A stretch of 64,000 bases of DNA from Bacilli bacterium (GTDB taxonomy: Bacteria; Bacillota_I; Bacilli_A; RF39; UBA660). Shown in pieces: positions 61,031-64,000 of the stretch (within the stretch, counting starts at the first letter, position 1; every line of letters starts with the position of its first letter). The translations under genes were made by a program, and so were the position numbers. The stretch lies in NCBI GenBank assembly GCA_030602345.1, contig JAUVZX010000002.1, forward strand, positions 71,049-135,048, given 5' to 3'. The notes beneath the pieces are model-generated. The model did not search any database. It saw only the letters and a list, made by a program, of their open reading frames with translations, and was not told where the DNA came from.

Positions 61031-61654
61031 ATGAGTAAAAATAAAATGATTGAGCTAGAGTGTCTCTTTTGCAAAGAAAAAGGGAACTATCTTCTTTGGG
61101 ATTCAATAAATGTAACAGTTGATCCACAGATAAAGGAAAAAGCATTAAATCTAAGTCTTTTTGACTATAAATGTGAAAAATGCAATTCTATATCAAGAGT
61201 AAATCACGATTCTTTATATCACGATATGGATAATAAGTTTATGGTTTATCTATTGGAAGACCAAAGCGAAGCAGCAGTTAAAAAGCTAAATGAAGCGATG
61301 ATTGTTTCATCTGAATATCACTTTCGCTTAGTAGATGATCATAACCAAATGAAAGAAAAAATTCACATTTTGGAGAGCAAACTTAATGATGCAACTATTG
61401 AATTAGTAAAATCTCAAATATTTAAAGATTTTACTCAAGAGGAAAAAGCAAATATGATTGGTTTTTATTTTTTAGAAAAGCATGAAGACGGATTAGTGTT
61501 TATCGTTGTAAATAAAGATAATAATCAATCTATCAAACTTCCAATTAGTTTTTATGATGGAATTAATAGATTAGTTTCGGACATAGAAAAAAATATTTTT
61601 GTTAAAGTAGATAGCAAAACGGCTATTCACTATGTGAATAATCTTGAAAATTAA
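61031..61654 (+). CDS. CpXC-domain protein
   Basis: CLFC..SIN...DP..KE...LF...CEKC...LYHD...FMV and EKI.I motifs. Confidence 0.8.
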   Translation: MSKNKMIELECLFCKEKGNYLLWDSINVTVDPQIKEKALNLSLFDYKCEKCNSISRVNHDSLYHDMDNKFMVYLLEDQSEAAVKKLNEAMIVSSEYHFRLVDDHNQMKEKIHILESKLNDATIELVKSQIFKDFTQEEKANMIGFYFLEKHEDGLVFIVVNKDNNQSIKLPISFYDGINRLVSDIEKNIFVKVDSKTAIHYVNNLEN

Positions 61655-61694
61655 GAAAATAAATGTTAAACTATAAATAGTAGGAGAAAAGAAT

Positions 61695-62198
61695 ATGGAT
61701 ATTATGGAAATTTTTAATGAATATACTTGGCAAATAATAGTTGCTTTAGTTGTTGTAGTTATGGCGATAATTGGTTTCATCGCTGATAAAACTGATTTTG
61801 GCAAGAAAGAAGCGATAAAAAAAGAGAAGAAAGTAAAACAAAAAGAAGAAAAAGTGGTTATTGAACCAAAACAAGAAAAACCAATTGAAGATGTTTTTGT
61901 TGAAGAACTACAAATGGAAGAAGAAAAACCTTTAGATACTATAATCGTAGAAGAGTTACACGATGAAACAAAACCATTGCACGAAATAATTGAAGAAGAA
62001 AAAGTTTTTGATTATAATACCGAACTAGAAGATATGTTACATGAACCGGGCGGATTGGAAGAGATAACTATCGAAGAGCCAATTTTAGAAGAAGTAAAAG
62101 ATTCGTCAATAGAAGAAGTTGCTTTGGAAGAAGAAAAGCCATTAGAAGAACCTAAAATCGAAGAAACTTTAGATGAAGAAAACATTTGGAAATTTTAG
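61695..62198 (+). CDS. Membrane-anchored acidic hypothetical protein
   Basis: N-terminal TM (IIVALVVVVMAIIGFIAD); Glu-rich tail ending IWKF. Confidence 0.7.
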   Translation: MDIMEIFNEYTWQIIVALVVVVMAIIGFIADKTDFGKKEAIKKEKKVKQKEEKVVIEPKQEKPIEDVFVEELQMEEEKPLDTIIVEELHDETKPLHEIIEEEKVFDYNTELEDMLHEPGGLEEITIEEPILEEVKDSSIEEVALEEEKPLEEPKIEETLDEENIWKF

Positions 62199-62259
62199 AA
62201 CCTTATAAGGTTCTTTTATTTTTGATTTTAACTATGATATAATATTTTTGGAGGCAAAT

Positions 62260-63078
62260 ATGACGTTTGATGAATTAATTTTGTTATTTAGAAAACTAGC
62301 CGATGTTTTATTGGTTTGGTTTATGATTTATTTTGTATTAAAAAGTTTGAGAAAAAACTTAAAGATGGTTCTTTTATTTAAAGGAATTTTATTTTTAGTG
62401 GTTTTGAAGGTAATAAGTGATCTTTTAAACTTAGTTACAGTAGGATTTTTATTAAATTACGTAATTATGTGGGGACCACTAGCTTTAATAATTATATTTC
62501 AACCTGAAATAAGAAATGTGCTTGAACAATTGGGAAGAAGTCAATTGTTGGGAAGGCATAAAGTTTTAACGGTTGATGAGAGAGAAAAACTAGTTTATGA
62601 AGTTATTCAGAGTGTTGAATACTTAAAGAGAAATAGAGTTGGTGCTTTGATAGTATTTGAAAGAGATCAAAGTTTAAGTGAATATATTGAAAAAAGTAAG
62701 AAAATATATGCCGACATTTCTTCAGAGCTATTAATATCAATCTTTTTCCCTAATAATCCATTGCATGATGGTGGAGTAATTATTCAAGGAGATAAAATAA
62801 CAAGTGCTGGCGCTGTGTTCCCAACAAGTGATAGTGTTAGAATAAGCAAGAGATTAGGAACTAGACATCGCGCGGCTTTAGGTATTTCAGAGGCAACCGA
62901 TTCAATTGCTCTGGTTGTATCTGAGGAAACCGGAAGAATTTCAATCGCAATTTCTGGAGAATTACATTATAATTTAAGCATCGATGAAATGAAACTTTTA
63001 ATTTTAGAGGAATTGAGACCCAAAAAAGTTGTAGCAGTTGACGAAGAGGAGAATGAAGATGAAAAAGTTGCTGAATAA
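62260..63078 (+). CDS. cdaA: Diadenylate cyclase CdaA
   Basis: 3 TM helices; IIFQPEIR..LE.LG, PLHDGG and LGTRHRAA motifs; start ATG 62260. Confidence 0.95.
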   Translation: MTFDELILLFRKLADVLLVWFMIYFVLKSLRKNLKMVLLFKGILFLVVLKVISDLLNLVTVGFLLNYVIMWGPLALIIIFQPEIRNVLEQLGRSQLLGRHKVLTVDEREKLVYEVIQSVEYLKRNRVGALIVFERDQSLSEYIEKSKKIYADISSELLISIFFPNNPLHDGGVIIQGDKITSAGAVFPTSDSVRISKRLGTRHRAALGISEATDSIALVVSEETGRISIAISGELHYNLSIDEMKLLILEELRPKKVVAVDEEENEDEKVAE

Positions 63079-64000
63079 TATTAATTCATTCTTTAATCAA
63101 TTATTGAAACAATTGGACAAAAAAATAATTGTCCCCGTTACTAAGTTTGTAATGTCTTTTTATGAAAAATACTCTGGATCGGGGAAACAATTTGAAAATT
63201 GGCTTTCTAAAGCTAATACATTATTATTTATATCGTTATTCTTAGCTTTTTTCACATTTATAATTGTTGATCAAAAAATTATAACTTTTACTGAAAGTTC
63301 AGCAGAAGTTTTAAAAGATCAAAAAGTAACAGCAATATTTAATGAAGAAGCCTATGTTGTAGAAGGGTTGCCAGAAATAGTTGACGTAACTCTTATAGGG
63401 AATAGAGCAGATTTGTATTTTGCAAAACAATCACCTGCCAGTGATATTATCGTTGATTTAAGTGGATTGAAACCCGGGACACACCGTGTTACCATAAAAT
63501 ATAGTCAAGCTTTACCAAGTATTGATTATAAGGTTAATCCATCGGTGGCAACTGTAATAATATATCCAAAATTATCTGAAACAAAAACTGTGGCAGTTGA
63601 TGTTTTAAATAAAGATAAATTAGATAGTAAATTTATTATTACTAATGTAGGAATTGATAATGACAAAGTAGTTATTAAGGGTGCTGAACATCAACTTGCA
63701 AAAGTAGCAAGCGTCAAGGCATTAGTGGACATAAATAATTTAGTTAGACAAGAAATTGGGAATACGGTTATTAGAGACGTACCATTAAGAGCGTATGATC
63801 AATCTGGTAATGTAGTAAATATAGAAATAGTTCCTGAAAAGATAGATGTTAACTTAGATATTGCATCACCTAGTAAAGATGTACCAATAAGAATTGTTCC
63901 TGTTGGTAATGTTTCTTTCGGTAAGGCGATAAGCTCTATAACTTCTAATGTTACAAGCGTAACCATTTATGGTGAAGAGGCGGCTCTATCAGCAATTAAC
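63059..64000 (+). CDS. cdaR: CdaR/YbbR-domain regulator (runs off the window end)
   Basis: Frame starts MKKLLNNINSFF after SD GAGGAG, overlapping the cdaA end; TM followed by YbbR-like V.G.P..VDVTL.G and VDLSGL.PGTH. Confidence 0.8.
   Translation, partial: MKKLLNNINSFFNQLLKQLDKKIIVPVTKFVMSFYEKYSGSGKQFENWLSKANTLLFISLFLAFFTFIIVDQKIITFTESSAEVLKDQKVTAIFNEEAYVVEGLPEIVDVTLIGNRADLYFAKQSPASDIIVDLSGLKPGTHRVTIKYSQALPSIDYKVNPSVATVIIYPKLSETKTVAVDVLNKDKLDSKFIITNVGIDNDKVVIKGAEHQLAKVASVKALVDINNLVRQEIGNTVIRDVPLRAYDQSGNVVNIEIVPEKIDVNLDIASPSKDVPIRIVPVGNVSFGKAISSITSNVTSVTIYGEEAALSAIN

Overview
This window is very AT-rich chromosomal DNA from a walled, low-GC Firmicute (standard genetic code). Gene content and order suggest an uncultured RF39-like member of the Bacilli, which is inference only. 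Housekeeping blocks: yvcK-whiA-rplI-dnaB-M23 peptidase-MBL hydrolase-rlmH-fba-murA, rpmE, rpiB, mreB, a tagO-like transferase, then pflA/pflB (frameshifted in an A8 run), a DEAD-box helicase, a FemAB-family gene, trpS, T-box-valS, tgt-queA, hpf-secA, trmL and cdaA-cdaR. The main accessory region begins at the 3' end of tRNA-His (14511-14587). It is a ~12.3 kb integrative element (14588-26871) encoding an unusual HUH/YxxxQ endonuclease with an adjacent iteron-like region, an HTH repressor, a C5-methyltransferase plus BglI/SfiI-like restriction enzyme, a macrodomain protein, an excisionase-like HTH, a caspase-family protease, a resolvase, an AAAAGTGC repeat tract leading into a small Zn-finger ORF, a large serine recombinase and a NERD-like nuclease. 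Beyond it, two more tRNA-3'-end scars (28383 and 29396-29417) each bound a short unit with a single cargo gene, so the locus resembles a cassette array. The element's right end carries a 10-bp sequence complementary to the terminator at its left end, and a near copy recurs in an older scar. Elsewhere, a phage-type metallophosphoesterase plus DHH phosphoesterase operon, a cytoplasmic GH10-like protein and a single-ring Clp-type ATPase stand out. All protein family calls come from motif recognition by eye; no searches were run.
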